This document shows, piece after piece, positions 51,875 to 64,000 of a stretch of DNA of 64,000 nucleotides (positions are counted from its first letter, which is position 1; every line of letters begins with the position of its first letter). The DNA comes from Harriotta raleighana (Eukaryota). Position numbers and translations under genes: made by a program. The stretch lies in NCBI GenBank assembly GCA_050575255.1, contig JBNZDD010013498.1, positions 350,392 to 414,391 of the forward strand. Reading direction: 5' to 3'. The notes below the pieces were generated by a model, which saw only the letters and a program-made list of their open reading frames with translations, was not told the DNA's origin and searched no databases.

Positions 51875-51938
51875 AACAACAGCTTGCATTTGTATAGCAC
51901 CCATCACTCCGGCAGTGTTTCAGAGCACATTTCACACA
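51875..51938 (-). mobile_element. L2-type tail stub
   Basis: AACAACAGCTTGCATTTGTATAGCACC..TCAGAGCAC. Confidence 0.55.
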
Positions 51939-52546
51939 GAATGGTAGCCCTAACTATAGTGCAAAAGAATGATAGGGAATCAGCGACGATATGCTGTAAT
52001 GACACTGTCCAGCTGAATTTCTTCTAGGATGTCAGTCCATGTGCTACTGTGACCCGATTTCTCTGTAAGCCCCTCCTAGGTAAACAAACATTGATGGACA
52101 CCCCCAGGTTAGTCAATATAGAGCACTGTTAAATGGATCATTAGTGATGCAACATTATAGACCTCCTGGGGTGAGATAACGTCTGTCACCACAACTTGTA
52201 GGAAGTTGACTGGTTCAGGAAACGTGCTGGGCGATGCAAAGTGGAAACAAATGTTGCTTTCAGCCTATATGCTCAGACTGCTGAGAACTGCTTCAAATTG
52301 AATTAATTCTCATATTGCCTTAAAATGTTAGTGCCTAAATGCCCCATTATCTATTATTCCTTCTCTTTCCCCTTTCAAACTCAGACACTAGAAAGATTGT
52401 GGAAACAATTGCAAGTTCATGCGTGTGTACTTGTTCCAGGTCATGACACACATGTTTTTTGTCTGTGGATGTACCCTGCTCCCAGCATTAGATGTTCAGG
52501 TTGGGAAACTACTATTCTTACCTGTTGTGTCTGTCAGGTGGAAACA

Positions 52547-52608
52547 TACAACAATAAAATTGCATTGATAGAGCGCCTTTCACGTTGGGAGGACATCTCA
52601 AGGCGCTG
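52547..52608 (-). mobile_element. L2 3'-tail stub
   Basis: ACAACAATAAAATTGCATTGATAGAGCGCCTTTCACGTTGGGAGGACATCTCAAGGCGCTG. Confidence 0.8.
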
Positions 52609-53978
52609 ATGGCTGTAAACCCAGTAGCATCTGTTTAGTTTCTAGGGCCAAATGCTGTTATCTAAGGAATGAGACAGTTGCATCAGGTAATTAATATGCT
52701 CCAAAGGCAATGTTTCAATGAAATGGAGAAAAGTAAGCTGAATAGACCTTATAAAGGCCAAAATATTCACGTTTAATCAATGTTAAAAAAATCCAGAGAT
52801 CACAAAATTCCAATATAAAATAGATCTCATACACATGGAAAACATACCCATTTCATGAGCACACCAGAGCAAGTCTTTTTCCTCAAAGCAAACCCCTGTA
52901 AATAGCTAAAGAGCACTGAAGGAGAGTTGCATTGAATAACAAGAGACAGAGCTGCTTACATTATATGGTGATACACTCTGGTAATGCTGTGACTAATAAG
53001 AGTCCAAGGTGAGTGTAGCCAAGCTGGATTAGCATGACACTGAAGGTGTATGGCTTTTACAAGTGTAAGAGCATATCTCTTTGTATTGGCTCCATCAGTC
53101 AATCTCTATAAAATGTGCTGCCACGAGCTTTGCTGATGATGTAGTGCATAATTTCCAAGTTTACCAAATGAAGCAACATAGTGCATTTTGATCTCTAACA
53201 TAATCCAATTGAGTGCAGATCTGTTTAGATAATCGTAAAACAAAACGGACTAAACACGCGATTATATTTTTCATCCCACGGTTTTATAGTCTGTAATTTT
53301 CTTCCTGCCATGTTGGATTTTTGAGGTCTTTTATAAATGCACCCAACAATTTAATCCAGCTCAGAGTTTCTAAAGGCGAAACTGGAGCTCACAGATTGTA
53401 AATTCAGGTTTCCTCATCAGACCAAGTCACAAGTAATGTCTCTTTGATAATTGTAGATGAATTTCCCCCTTCCCCACCCCTCCATCCCCATGCTCAGTTA
53501 ATTTCTCATTAATTTGTTGACATAATGCATTTTACAGATTTCATGTCCACACATGAGTTTGTGATATTAATGAAAAAAATCATGGGCTTTAAAGCAAGTA
53601 ACGAGAGCTGAGAATGATTAAAGGCAATAATCTAATCAAGTGGTTCAGATGACACTGTAAACATTGACAACAAAGATTGAACATACATAATCATCATCTG
53701 AACCTCATGATTATATTACAGCTTGGATTCCTCTCCCGGCATCTGTTATTGCTTAGACCTTATAACATTTCAATTTTATTTAAATTGTTTTCTGTTCTGA
53801 GGGTCAGGTTTTGTGCAAATGCTAGTGTCTTTGACAGATGCTAGCGGACGGCTTGCTCAACGCAAGATGTTCTCACAAGAAGATGAATGATTTTGATCTC
53901 GTTAGGTTACTGAGAACTGTAAATTATTGTTGAGAAATTCCTTGTCGAATTGGATATTGCAATACATCAAGAAAGAGC

Positions 53979-54288
53979 TTCCCTGGTGACTTAGTGGGTG
54001 AATGCACTGCTCATCGCAACACTAGGCCATATAAATGTTGAGTGAGTTGATCTCAGTCTGGCTGGCCAGGATTTGAGATGCTATATGGCTTCAGTGATCT
54101 TGGTTTAGGGAGAGAAAATGCTTCAGATAACCATTCAGGAATCTCTCCTGGAAGGTGTGAATTTGTAGATACTAGTTGTGGACAGATTCCGAGTTAGCCA
54201 TGATGTGTACTCTCTGCAATCAAATCGCCTACCAACACTCAGTCGAAATGATGGTTACTTGGGAAAAATGCCAGAGGATACCAGTGCG
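53979..54288 (+). mobile_element. SINE family B, longest copy in the window
   Basis: TCCCTGGTGACTTAGTGGGTGAATGCACTGC head, GAGTTGATCTCAG, TAGGGGAGAGAAAAT, GCCTACCAACACTCA..GGTTACTTGGG. Confidence 0.6.
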
Positions 54289-54474
54289 AACGAAATCAAA
54301 TTGAAGAAGGAGAAGAGATGTTTTCAGGAGGGGAGACAATCAAAAAGTTTGTGTGAAACATTAATAAGTATCTACGAAGTACATTTGCAATAAGCTATCA
54401 TTAACTGGCAAACAACCGATAGCATTTTGCAATGTAAAATGTTTCAGTAAGACAGCGATTGACAATTAGAAAAT

Positions 54475-54520
54475 TGTCCTCTCGGCGTGAAAGGCACTCT
54501 ATAAATGTTGTTGTTGTTGT
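54475..54520 (+). mobile_element. L2 3'-tail stub
   Basis: TGTCCTCTCGGCGTGAAAGGCACTCTATAAATG(TTG)n. Confidence 0.75.
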
Positions 54521-54629
54521 AGAATAAATCAGAAGTGTTTATTTGGTAAAGGTATACTGAAATATCACTTATTGACTGAAAAGAATTGGTCCTGATTTGA
54601 AAGATGCAGATTATAATAGCAATATTGGA

Positions 54630-54907
54630 TAATAATAATCATAATAATCCTTACATTTGATATAGCATTTTTCATGTCTTCTAGACATCTCAAAGGTCTT
54701 CACAGAATATACTGTAAAGTGAATTGACTGTATGTTTGTGTGTGAAATGCGACAGCCAATTGCACACAGCAGTGTCCAACAACAGTAGTGTAAGTGACCA
54801 AATTATTATTTTTTTTCTCGAGGGATTATTATAAAATACGTGAAGAAAAGTTGACCAAGGCTTCGCTTGCGAGGCCAATACTCCAACCACTGAGCTACAG
54901 GACTCCA
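54630..54907 (-). mobile_element. SINE family A with a deletion in the head
   Basis: Tail and body as at 34314; ends ACCACTGAGCTACAGGACTCCA but lacks the B-box segment. Confidence 0.88.
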
Positions 54908-56044
54908 ATGGATAATGGATCAACCTCACATTAGCTGTTACTATGTTGTATGGCTACTAATATTGGCAGTGTGTAACCAAAAGTATTTATAGTTACAGTA
55001 TTTACACTTTTATATCTGTCTTCAAAGGTCGGGAGATAACTCTATTAGAACAATCTTTATATGTAATTCTTGGATCAGCCTCTAGGAGGTGCACAAGAGT
55101 TAGCCCATGGCACCCATTCAATGAGATTTCCCCTCCAAAAAAGATCAACTAGTTTACACTTTGTGGTTTCTCCTAGTTTCAGGGTTATAATTGAGAGGTC
55201 ACCAGGCACTATCAAAAGCAATTCTCCAACTCCAACTCTCATGAACTTCAGAGGAAAGATCAGAGCTCCTGATCTCAAACCAAACTCCTTGGAAAACTAT
55301 GATTGTCTTTCAGAGTGCTTCAGTTCTTTAGCAGTTAGGGAAGAAATCATCTTTAAGTCTATGCATATTGTATATTGATTCGAAACCAGAAATACCAAAG
55401 CGGGTTCATCTTAAACGTATTCAAGTACAGTATACAGAGCACTATTTTTAATTAAAGTACTCATTTATGTATATAACTCTGCCTGTTCCCATGTGCATGT
55501 GGATGTGGAAGCACTGTAGTTTTGATTAGATATGAATGAAATGACTTATGAACAAAATTGACTTGCGATGTGAAGCAATACGAGGTATCCATATAAATTA
55601 GAGAAAATGTGTTGTTCCAGGGCCAACCAGAATCGTGGCTTAACAGATGCACTTTAAGTACAGTTTAATATGGCAATTGGTCCCAATAGTGTAAGTTTGT
55701 TCTCACAGCTGAGTTCTCTTTCTCTCTCTCTCTCGCACTCCACATCTAATTCCATTCAGAATTTTCCACATATAATCCAATCATGGTATGTTTGCATCAT
55801 TGCAAATTTTCTGAATTGGCTTTCCAAAAAGCGCTGCTTTCAATTATTTTTCTCCAGAGTGTCATAAACCATCACAGCTTATTAATTTTTATTGCCATCT
55901 ACTTCGCCTGCACAGATCAAAAATTCTTATGTGATTATTTTTCGATTAAGCTTTTTTTTCACAAATCCTTGGCATTCTGAGTTGGAGTGCAGCTTTGTCT
56001 TTAAATAGGTTATTAATTAGCCTGGATAGTGAGGGAGAGCACGG

Positions 56045-56305
56045 GACATCTCACGCAAGCCTAAAGCTGATTTCCCCTGATGCTCACATCTGCACTTTGC
56101 AGCAAGAGGTACTGGATAGCTTAACTCTAATAATGACCAGGAATAAAAAAAAAGTTCCTTCCCCCCATCCACCCAGGTGCTAAGGCTTATTGTTGTGAAC
56201 TGTCTGATAATCAGCTAACTCCATGTAGAATGGGAATCTAACTTGAGATCCACTCGATATTTATATCTCGGGACTGTACTAGACTGTGACTTTAACAGTT
56301 GAGCA
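56045..56305 (-). mobile_element. SINE family B, degraded
   Basis: GCACTTTGCAGCAAGAGGTACTGGATAG, ATCAGCTAACTC and GGGAATCTAAC are reverse complements of family B motifs. Confidence 0.5.
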
Positions 56306-56809
56306 GTGAATAGAGCTCGACAAAAGTTCCACTGAGTATTTCTTCATGATTAGTATCATTTGCTTTTTCATTCAAATACCTCATTAGTATTGTACAGCAG
56401 ATCTGACCTCTGTTTCTCCAAGCCTCTGCCACAGTACATACAGCCCTGACATTATAGGCATTCTGGTTCTTTAATATTAGCTATATTTAAAATTAATATT
56501 TCACATAAATGATCATTTACACATCTCTGGTTGATTTTCCAGTTAAAGCCCCTGGTTTTTTTTAGCATATATGTTCCAATGTAGGCAGCAGAATAGGACC
56601 ATGAGTGAGGAAGCTTTTCATATTCCACATCGAATAATAAGTCGAGCTCGTGAGCAGGTTGCATTCTGGTTTTGGTGAATTCTGCCATGGGATTACAAGC
56701 CGTGTTTTGCGATGGAATCGATTTGCCTGCGTTATCGAAAGTGGTTACAATAATTTAACATTAAAAATAAATTAATTGGAAGTGAACTTTTAATATTTTT
56801 AAATAATCT

Positions 56810-57062
56810 AGGCATTTAATACAGTGCTTTTCCAGTTGGGGATGGTCGCAAAGCACTTTACGGGATTCATTGTAAAGTGTGGTGACTGTATATTTACTCG
56901 GCCAATGGGGCAGCCAATTTACCCACACCAAAGCCTCATGTAACAGACAGAAAGTGAATGATTAATTTTATTTGAGGGATTGTTGGCCAGTACACTGGGA
57001 GAAATTCCTTTATCTTTTCGGTGAGTCATGTTCAAAGTCTCAAGGCAGGGCTTGAACCCGTA
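56810..57062 (-). mobile_element. Deu-type SINE, internally deleted
   Basis: AAAGCACTTTACGGGA..AAAGTGTGGTGACTGTATATTT..GGCAGCCAATTT..GAGGGATTGTTGGCCAG..GGGCTTGAACCC. Confidence 0.7.
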
Positions 57063-58684
57063 AGTGACTTAAGTCAAATCTGATTCAGTCAAGATTTCTA
57101 TCAACTGAGCCGGGCTGAAATCCTACTCTTCCCGATGGAAAGTAGGAGAAAAGACTGTTGCCTTATTGATACATTTGTGGTAAATCTTTGTACAGCGTAT
57201 CTTTGCGAACATCTATCCAAAATATAATTTGGAACCTTCAACTCGAAATACAAACACAACATTCTGTTCGAGCATTGAGTGAGATGCATTCGTAAAAGGA
57301 TCTTTTATTTAAGTGTTTTGTATAATATTCTGTCAATTTCTCTAACATGCAGAAATGGGTCTCTTGGTTTCTGATGTAATGAGTGCACCTTCCAGTGTCT
57401 GCACAAATATGCACTTTTGTCGTTTTGCTGGCATGCCTTCAATTGAAGCTTTTGTTGATTTTAAATGGACACTATGTAGTGGTATAATGATGATTTGTGC
57501 ACACACAGTTAGGGTTACAGTACCCCCATTGCATAAAGTAAATAAACTGGACTGAATTTTCAAAATCTGATTTGGAATAATTATTGGAATAAATCCAGAT
57601 CCCAAAACTGGAGCTCCGCAAGATAGGGAGTCATAAGAAAAGACTGCTGGCTTAACAATACAGTTGTGATAGACTCTTATTTCTGCAGGGTATTTTTGTG
57701 AATACTGTATATGTCCAAAATATAATTTGGACATATAATGGAATCTTAAATTCAAACCTTAAACTAAAAATTCATGCTTCTTTAATTAGAGTAATGTTGC
57801 CACAGACTAGTTGGTTTCAGAGACATTCCTTTATTACAGTTGGCTCCAGGTGAATGCATACCTGATTCAGGCACAGTTCTTATCTTTGTATAAAATTCTA
57901 AAGTATGAAGCCACTTCCTATTGTACACAATTCTTGTCCGAACCATGAAATGTTCCCCATGGACTCAGTTTATTTTAATGCTCAACACACTAAATATAAT
58001 CAATCCACTGGCAATCCACTCGCTGAAAGTCAGCAGCACTTTGTGTCAAGACTCTGTGTCATCTCTGGGTGTTTTTGTTTCGTTTGAGTTGTTGAGTGAA
58101 TGATTAAATGGGCTGCTTTGAAACATCTGCAAACAGTTTTTTTTTCTAAATTTGGGTTTATAGACATCTTAATCCAAGCAGAACGCTTCTTGTCAATGTG
58201 TTTTTTTTTCTTTGGTTAGGATTTAGCTATGGGCTGTCGGCAATAGATACCGATAGCAGTGATGTGGATGTAAATCGCAAACCTATTTTGGTGCTTTAAT
58301 CTTTCTGTGGCACCTACTATATATTTGCTATGAAATAGAAGTAAAACTCACAAAGCTTCCCGTCCACACTGACAGCTCAGCTATTGTGAAGGTAACAGAC
58401 TTGAGGGCTGTTTTCTTGTACAATGTAACAATATGTCACGATTCAGATTTCACTCTAAGGACTGTGTTTAAGTCTTGTGTTCTCACTGGTTTGAATCAAG
58501 CAGAAAAATAGCCACACTGCGACAGATTTATGAATTAAACGCAAAATTATTGTAAACGACACTAAATTATTATTTTCAAGATGTAAATTTTTCCAGGATT
58601 TTCAGAGCACCTGGTAAGTGTCATTTCAGCCAAGACAGAAATAGTGCTTCTTTAAATATGTGGGAAAAAATGTTGATGGCCTTT

Positions 58685-58990
58685 TAATAATCATCCTTGA
58701 ATTTAATATAGACCTTTTCACATCTTCTAAATGACTCAAAGTGCTTCACTGAATGTCAAGTGAATCGGCTGTATATTTGTGGGCTAAACTCGGCAGCCAA
58801 TTGCGCACAGCAGTGTCCCACAAACTGTCGTGGATTGAAGTGACCAATTTGTAATTGTTTTGTTTCAAGTGATTATTATCAAGCATGTGGAGTAAGGAAA
58901 CTTGCCCAAGATTTTGCCCTGCCTGGAATCTAACCTAGGTCTCTTGCTTGCAAGGCGAGTGCCCTAACCCCTGAACAACAGGACTCCACA
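58685..58990 (-). mobile_element. SINE family A, full length
   Basis: Collinear with 34314-34633 from tail to ACAGGACTCCAC. Confidence 0.9.
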
Positions 58991-61839
58991 AATATACACA
59001 TCTTTTTATATATGAAAGATTTATATATATATATGTAGTATACATACATTATATATACAAGATGTATATAAAAACTTAAACCAACATAGTAATGCAAAGT
59101 CTTTGAGCCATTTTTTTGCGCTTTGAAAACTTATGCAAATAATTAAATTAGGGCTTCTTCGAAATAAAACCTCCTACAGTCTAGGCTGCAGCAGCGGAAA
59201 AGCCAGGAAGTACTCTCAATGGCAAGCTCTGCCTTTTTAGCTGGTTAGACTTCAGCAATTACCCCAATGACACCTTGCCAACCTGTGCATGCTACTCTGC
59301 AGAATTAGGTAGGCAGGACGCATCTCCCCAGGGAGAGAGAGTACATTCTATTCCAGCAATCTATCTCTGAGATTGTAACATGCAGGTGGAATGCAAAGAG
59401 TTCTCAGGTTGGTTTGGGTACTCTTAATTAAGCATGGCGATAGGTTTCCGCATGCGTCAGATACCCGGCAGACTTTCTGCAATTGTGATTAAATTCAATC
59501 ATCTCACAAGGCTAAAAGCTTGTCGGGATGAAACAGGAGAGAATGGAAAACAATCCTGCATTGCATGTACTGTACATCCTCCGTTAGAAAGCACACACTG
59601 TCCTCTGTCGTCCGTCCATTGAGTTCTTTGAATAAAATGTGAGGAGATCCGCAGTGGCTTGTAGATTTGTTGTTATCACAAGCAGTTTGGGAACATGTGG
59701 AAAAACTTAAGAGTTTATATTAACTGTGTAACGTAGACAGTGGATTTTCATGCATGAAAAATCTCTTTAATGGAAACTCCATGCCCAGAGTCAAGTCTAA
59801 AATACTAATTAGTTGTGAGCTAACCAGTGCCAACGCTGGGAGGGTGAGCAAGTGTGGTATTCCATGCAGCTACATGCATTCCTTCAGATTGGGTGTGATT
59901 ACTTGGTAATGCATACAATGTTGGATTCAATTACAGTACTCAAAACAAATTGTTTCTCCATATATGGGCCAAAGTAATTTTCCAGAGGTGCCTGAACCAT
60001 TGGGACTGCAAATGAATTTGACTTGAAGTCCCGATCTTCCCAACTTTTTTCTCCCTGCAGGTTTTATATAAACACTAGCATGTTGAGAGCCGCAAACGTA
60101 GCCTTTGGTAAATTATTCGACAAATAACAGCAATCCATTTGAACGAAAAGATGACCTGAGAAAAAAAACGACTGAAGTCACCATCTCTCCTTTGTACCTT
60201 AACTTGTGTCTGTAGATGAAGATGATTTGCTCATAGTCTGCCTTCATAGCTTTTGCAATATGGTGATTGAACATTTAATCAGCATGCTCCTTTATTTGGG
60301 GAAAAAAGTAAAGCTCTGCCCATTACACTAGCCTAAATTCATTCACAATCTTGCGTACCATTGGGAACCAAAATGGTTTCAGCCAGGAACTTCCTATCTA
60401 GGGACCTTTGGATTAGCAGCCTCCTAAATCTAATCCTCAGGCTCACAGGCACATTTTTCATTGTCAAACTCTCATCTGTACGTAAATCTCATCTGTTCAT
60501 TAATGGAAATGGAATGTTGCCTGTAGAAATTATACATTTGACAGGCTTTCTCTCTCTTCTCTCCCCAGCTGACACCTCGCTGCCAATTATTTATTGTACG
60601 CAAAACACTAGCAAGAAATATTTGGGTGGGCACATAACTGATGCTGGTTTTGAGTTTTCAAGTTCAGATCTGTTATTTCAACTTTTCTAAAAAAAAATTA
60701 AATGTGTTTAAATGGCTGTTAGTGGTAAAAAAAAATCTATGTTTGGAAATGGCACCATCACCACATCTGCAATTTTGGTTAGGAACAGTCGCTGTGCATG
60801 CATGTCTAAAATATGCTTCAACGTGGCATTGTTCGCAACAGAACGGTTAGAAGTTACACTTGCAATTCTATCACAAGCCATACCATTGAAAGCATACTTT
60901 GGACAAACATGCCACACTCCTCGTGTGAAACAGCACGGCTGCTATCAGTGCTATTTCTTACCCGAGCAGCAAGCAGGCTGGTTTGTGGGTGAAGTCGGTT
61001 TGCATTAGCTTCCTCCTGCGGCTGGTGAAACGAACCGAGTCGGAGTGACACTAGGTCTTAAACACCCTTGACCTTCTGGATTGTAGTCAAGCACATCTAA
61101 AGTTACACCTATAAGCTGCTTTGTCAATCCTTGTTCACGAAAAAATATTAAAGCCACATAGTTCTTGTTCCTGTTTAAACTTTGACCCATAATCGTACGC
61201 TGTGCCTATCTATGTCTGGGGAAGGTGGAGCAGCCAGCCACATTCCTCGTGCCTAATCGTTTTAACAGATAAATGGTTAACTTGAAATAACCTTATCAGA
61301 ATTTATCATGTCAGCTATAAACCATGATTTCAGAAGAATGGCATTTGGTTATTCTCTCAACTGCTTGCCTTGTGAGGACTGGCAGGAGCAGAGACTGGAG
61401 CCAGACTGTGGAAGTGCACCTCCCATGCATCTCCCTGGTAACCGCTCAGTGTATAGGCCTATTTCTATGCACCAGCCTCATTTGTACGACATTAAGAAAG
61501 CTGTTTGTCTGCTAAAAACGAAGACTCCAAAACAGGCAGGAGTTACAAATAATGGGCTGTTTGAGCTGGTGCAAAGCAATTCTCCCTGCCGTCTGGATGC
61601 AAATAGATTTGTGTGTTAGCAATAGAGAGCGTTGAATGTTCCTCTCTTTGTCTCTCGTGACTCAATGGAGCTTGAGCTATGAGTAACACAAAGGGAAATA
61701 GTCCAGTATTTTTTCACTCCCTGTTAAGAGTACCCAGCTCCGCACAAATTAGCACAGTGCACATGGGACCAGTTGAAATTATTTCTCCCGCCCTCTCCCC
61801 ACATCTCATCCCTCACACCCACATCTAAAATTACCACAC

Positions 61840-62030
61840 ATGCAATTATGTAGCACCCTTCACATATAGAGTAATGTCCTGGAGAGCTTTATAAGGGCGG
61901 AATCAGCAGGGAAAAGGAAGAGGTGGCCAGAGGCACATCTGGAGAGGTAGATTTTGAGGTTGTAGGTTTTTAGAGACAAATAGAGAACAGTGAAAAACTG
62001 AGGGATAGAATCAGGGAGTTCTCGAGGTCA
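61840..62030 (-). mobile_element. Decayed L2 3' region
   Basis: TGCAATTATGTAGCACCCTTCACAT..TGTCC, then a purine-rich segment paralleling 22720-22885. Confidence 0.5.
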
Positions 62031-62393
62031 GGGGACACTCACCTTACAACTCAGTGCAAGTAGGCTATATTTGCTGAGGCCTAAATACTGATATACAGCA
62101 AAATAATGATTCCAGGAAGGGTCTAGTCATTTTGAAAGAGAAAACTCGATCCAATTCAATGACAAGGAAAGAATTAATGGGCAGTCAAAGTGGAGTGTTT
62201 GCCTCTCCCTTCCATTAGATGTTTGCTTGTATCCAGCAATGAGATTTTTTTTCACCAGAAATTTTGTTTTTCTTCAATGGACATTTAATTTCAAATTTGT
62301 CCCATGATCTCAGCCCATTAAATAAGTCTCAACGTCCATTAATTCCCTTGTCCCGGCTGGTCCATCCACTCAGCAGACACCAACCACTTTCAC

Positions 62394-62658
62394 CAACAAC
62401 AAGAAACATTTATAGAACGACCCTCATACAGGGTAGCCTCCCAGAGCACTTCATGCCCCACACCTGATCTGCGCATAGCAATGTCCCACAAAGAGTAGTG
62501 GATTGAGTGACCAAATTGTTCTTATTCTTTATTGAAGGAATTATTACCCCCAGAAAATGATCTGCCAATCAATCAGGTTCTTACTGCAAAGTAAACAGAG
62601 GCATTTGGAGTAAGGAAGCTTGCCTAAGGTTTTGCCCTGTCCTGGAATCAAACTCTAG
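62394..62658 (-). mobile_element. SINE family A variant ending in an L2-type (GTT)n tail
   Basis: CAACAACAAGAAACATTTATAGAACG joined to GCGCATAGCAATGTCCCACAAA..GTGACCAAATT..TGGAGTAAGGAAGCTTGCCTAAGGTTTTGCCCTG. Confidence 0.7.
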
Positions 62659-64000
62659 AAAGGCAGCACAGTGGCAGAATGCCAGAATGCAACAAGTCTG
62701 TGCGTTGGCAATTTGGTACGAGTTAAACTCAAGTCTAGGAAGAGAAGTTTCAAGAAAGGGAAATCTTGGAATTTCCCTATCTCTGAGGCACAAGAAAACA
62801 TGTTTGGGTCAGTAATAAGAAATTCCCTGAAGCATTAGCACTGACCTCTGTAGGTCTCAATTGAATATGCATGCGGACCTTTGTGTCAAAATTGATATTG
62901 AAGTTTGTTGCCGATTCGAGGGTGATAATTCTAATTTTATTCTAATGATCTCGGTTTTCATCGTACACTCTGGGTTAGGACTGTGAGAGAATGAATAGAG
63001 CAGTGTGCTCTCCAGACTACCACCACTACTATTTTTGTGACCTATTCAAGCATGAAAACATGAGGAGATAGCTACAAAGATAAAAAATACCAAAAGTCAT
63101 TTCTGAATTGTATGCCGACTTAATGTTAATGATTCTGCCACATTAGGCCACTGGTATAATTTGAGTGAATGCATTTGAAAACCTTTTATTCGTGTGCAAC
63201 TGAAATAAATTGTGTACCGCTGGATTGTGCTGTCTGGCATCAAGTTATTACACGTTTACTGCTGATTGTGCTCAGTATATGAAGTGTTGCTTCCCACATG
63301 CTATGCCACACTTTATATTAAACACCGCTGGCAAGAATTTCCCATTATAAGCATATGCTACTAGGGCTAGTAAATTTATCGACCAGTAGAAGCTACTCAG
63401 GAATAAAATACAGACGCACTTATATTCTCAATTGCTTTATTAAAGTCACGGACTTTGGTAGCATTGCCTTTCACAATTTGAAGCAAGCTCTCTAGATCCA
63501 TTTACACAATTCTGTGTCTGTGGCAAATTTACAACAATGTGGAGTGCAGTTATTTACATCTAAAATTCACTTCATGCTTTCAGCTCCTGAGTTGGCCCAC
63601 TTTATTTATGCACTGCACGTATCTGTTAACAGATATGGAATATTAAAAGTTTGTCTTCCCCTTTGCGGAAAGCTCTAGAGTACCATTCATTGAAGAAGAT
63701 AGCTGCAACAGCTAAAAGTCCTTCCTTGTGCAACATGCAAACATGTCTTTCACATCTATAACTGCCCAGAGTTGATGCAGTAATAATACACCAGACAGTC
63801 CTATTAGTTATGCTGTGGCTAGTTATCTTTCAGTAGTAACAGCATGATGGATAAATGTTTTCAGCAGGGAAAATTGTAATGTCACCATTCATTTATTTAT
63901 CTTTATTATTTTGAATCTATGTTTGCTTCCCTGACACCATATCCTAGCTACAGATCAATTGCTCGGTTTAAAAAGGGTAATCACTATTTTCTGCAACATG

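Noticed and set aside
57342-57755. 137-aa minus-strand ORF
   Set aside because: No recognisable homology or coding signature
58597-58619. 17-nt plus-strand microexon (TTCCAG|...CTG|GTAAGT)
   Set aside because: Good donor but short pyrimidine tract and not frame-preserving; expected by chance at this scale

Overview
AT-rich, apparently non-coding vertebrate DNA, probably a large intron or gene desert. The repeat content (CR1/HER1-type LINEs, L2 LINEs, tRNA-headed Deu-type SINEs, Penelope-derived palindromes) points to a cartilaginous fish, possibly a chimaera; this is inference. I find no host protein-coding gene, tRNA, rRNA or CRISPR. The only ORFs with recognisable homology are decayed LINE ORF2 fragments: two CR1 3' ends and two L2 pieces, one retaining the RT YADD motif. 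The window also holds over 30 SINE copies or fragments in about three families, many L2 3'-tail stubs, and a TA-flanked Tigger-like MITE inserted inside a SINE. Two Penelope-type elements carry decayed hammerhead-ribozyme-like cores. Five single-N junctions show both haplotypes written in tandem, one exposing a 169-bp indel. Several repeat-free segments look like enhancers. I cannot support a claim of a new biological system; the best leads are the hammerhead relics, the SINE/L2 tail sharing, the nested insertions and a TALE/Hox motif cluster. Repeat boundaries were read by eye and are approximate. Family names come from recalled consensus features, not a database search.
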